This document shows positions 63,391 through 64,000 of a DNA stretch of 64,000 nt, one piece after another. The position numbers were made by a program, and so were the translations under genes. Origin of the DNA: an uncultured Solibacteraceae bacterium (GTDB lineage Bacteria; Acidobacteriota; Terriglobia; Bryobacterales; Bryobacteraceae); assembly GCA_964515165.1 (NCBI GenBank), contig CAZETQ010000003.1:50685-114684 (forward strand), given 5' to 3'. The notes under the pieces are model-generated. The model did no database searches and was not told the DNA's origin. It saw only the letters and a list, made by a program, of their open reading frames with translations. Numbering within the stretch: the first letter of the stretch is position 1; every line of letters begins with the position of its first letter.

Positions 63391-64000
63391 ATGCCGGAAG
63401 TCAACGTAACCCTGCCGGACGGCAGTGTCAAAGCTTATCCCGCGGGCACATCTCCGTTCGATGTGGCTCGCTCCATTTCGAACCGCCTGGCCGATGATGC
63501 GATCGTCGCGCGCGTCGATGGAACTCTCTGGGACCTGAAGCGGCCGCTCGAAAGCGACGCCAAGGTCGAGATTCTGACGACGAAGAATCCGGAAGCGCTG
63601 GAAGTCTACCGCCATTCGACGGCCCATTTGCTGGCGGCGGCCGTGCTGCAGCTTTGGCCCGAAACCAAGCTCGGCATCGGGCCGCCCATCGAGAACGGCT
63701 TCTACTACGACTTCGACAAGGCATCTCCTTTTACTCCCGAAGATCTGGAAAAGATCGAGGCGAAGATGAAGGAGCTGGCCATGCAGGACCTTCTGTTCGA
63801 GCGGAAGGTCGTGACCAAAGCCGAAGGGCTGGAAAAGTACAAGGGCATGGATGAGCCGATGAAGTGCGAGCTCATCGAGGAACGTGCCGGCGAGACTTTC
63901 ACCGAATACACCCTCGGCCCGCAGTTCATCGACTTCTGCCGCGGCCCGCACGTCCCGACGTCCAAGAAGCTCAAGGCATTCAAGCTGTTGTCCATCGCCG
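63391..64000 (+). CDS. thrS: Threonine--tRNA ligase, N-terminal part (continues beyond window)
   Basis: MPEVNVTLPDGSVKAYPAGTSPFDVA (TGS domain), then HSTAHLLAAAV and the second additional domain. No stop before the window end. Confidence 0.9.
   Translation, partial: MPEVNVTLPDGSVKAYPAGTSPFDVARSISNRLADDAIVARVDGTLWDLKRPLESDAKVEILTTKNPEALEVYRHSTAHLLAAAVLQLWPETKLGIGPPIENGFYYDFDKASPFTPEDLEKIEAKMKELAMQDLLFERKVVTKAEGLEKYKGMDEPMKCELIEERAGETFTEYTLGPQFIDFCRGPHVPTSKKLKAFKLLSIA

Noticed and set aside
63288-63497. 69-aa ORF overlapping the thrS start as a leader peptide
   Set aside because: It runs out of frame into thrS and has no attenuator-like Thr codon run or obvious terminator/antiterminator pair.
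1-64000. CRISPR arrays, rRNA or tRNA genes, and classical defence genes (restriction, Cas, helicase-nuclease clusters)
   Set aside because: I saw no regularly spaced repeats, no cloverleaf-capable segments and no ORFs with such motifs. This was a by-eye scan only, so small RNAs could be missed.

Overview
GC-rich bacterial chromosomal segment. The gene content looks like Acidobacteriota (two PEP-CTERM proteins, a CarboxypepD_reg-type TonB-dependent receptor, many Sec/Tat-exported enzymes), but the taxon is an inference. All calls rest on reading the ORF translations and the DNA by eye; no search was run.

About 65 densely packed protein genes, mostly housekeeping:
- queA, tsaD, an Mrp/ApbC-like ATPase, dxr-rseP, a Fur-family regulator co-transcribed with an FHA-GAF-PP2C phosphatase, and a FliA-type sigma factor.
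- A TetR-TolC-HlyD-2xATPase-2xABC-2 permease efflux operon (YbhGFSR-like).
- A minus-strand block of multihaem cytochrome c, TonB-dependent receptor, disrupted FG-GAP protein and PEP-CTERM protein.
- Two Tat-signal aldo/keto reductases, a cytochrome c peroxidase with an orphan binding protein, and a large tail-fibre-like secreted protein.
- trmH-like, rarA, argD-like, tandem lepB-lepB-manC, head-to-head lpxD/lpxA, galK with a Na+/solute symporter, a lactate permease, and the 5' part of thrS.

I saw no rRNA, tRNA, CRISPR array, intact IS or prophage.

I did not find a convincing, complete new multi-gene system. The best leads are:
1. A LysW-like zinc-ribbon protein with an extreme acidic tail, heading an operon of secreted proteins (1-1383).
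2. A non-canonical Anbu proteasome-like / C26 amidotransferase / transglutaminase-like cluster (6375-8766).
3. A conserved hairpin element present three times (6301, 18111, 58033). One copy sits in a 380-nt structured non-coding tract.
4. Two gene-decay scars made of internally deleted genes. One (17766-19610) hosts a small toxin-antitoxin islet.
5. A deviant P-loop protein translationally coupled to lpxD.

Start codons were often re-assigned relative to the ORF track. They are inferences from signal peptides, RBS-like motifs and conserved N-termini.
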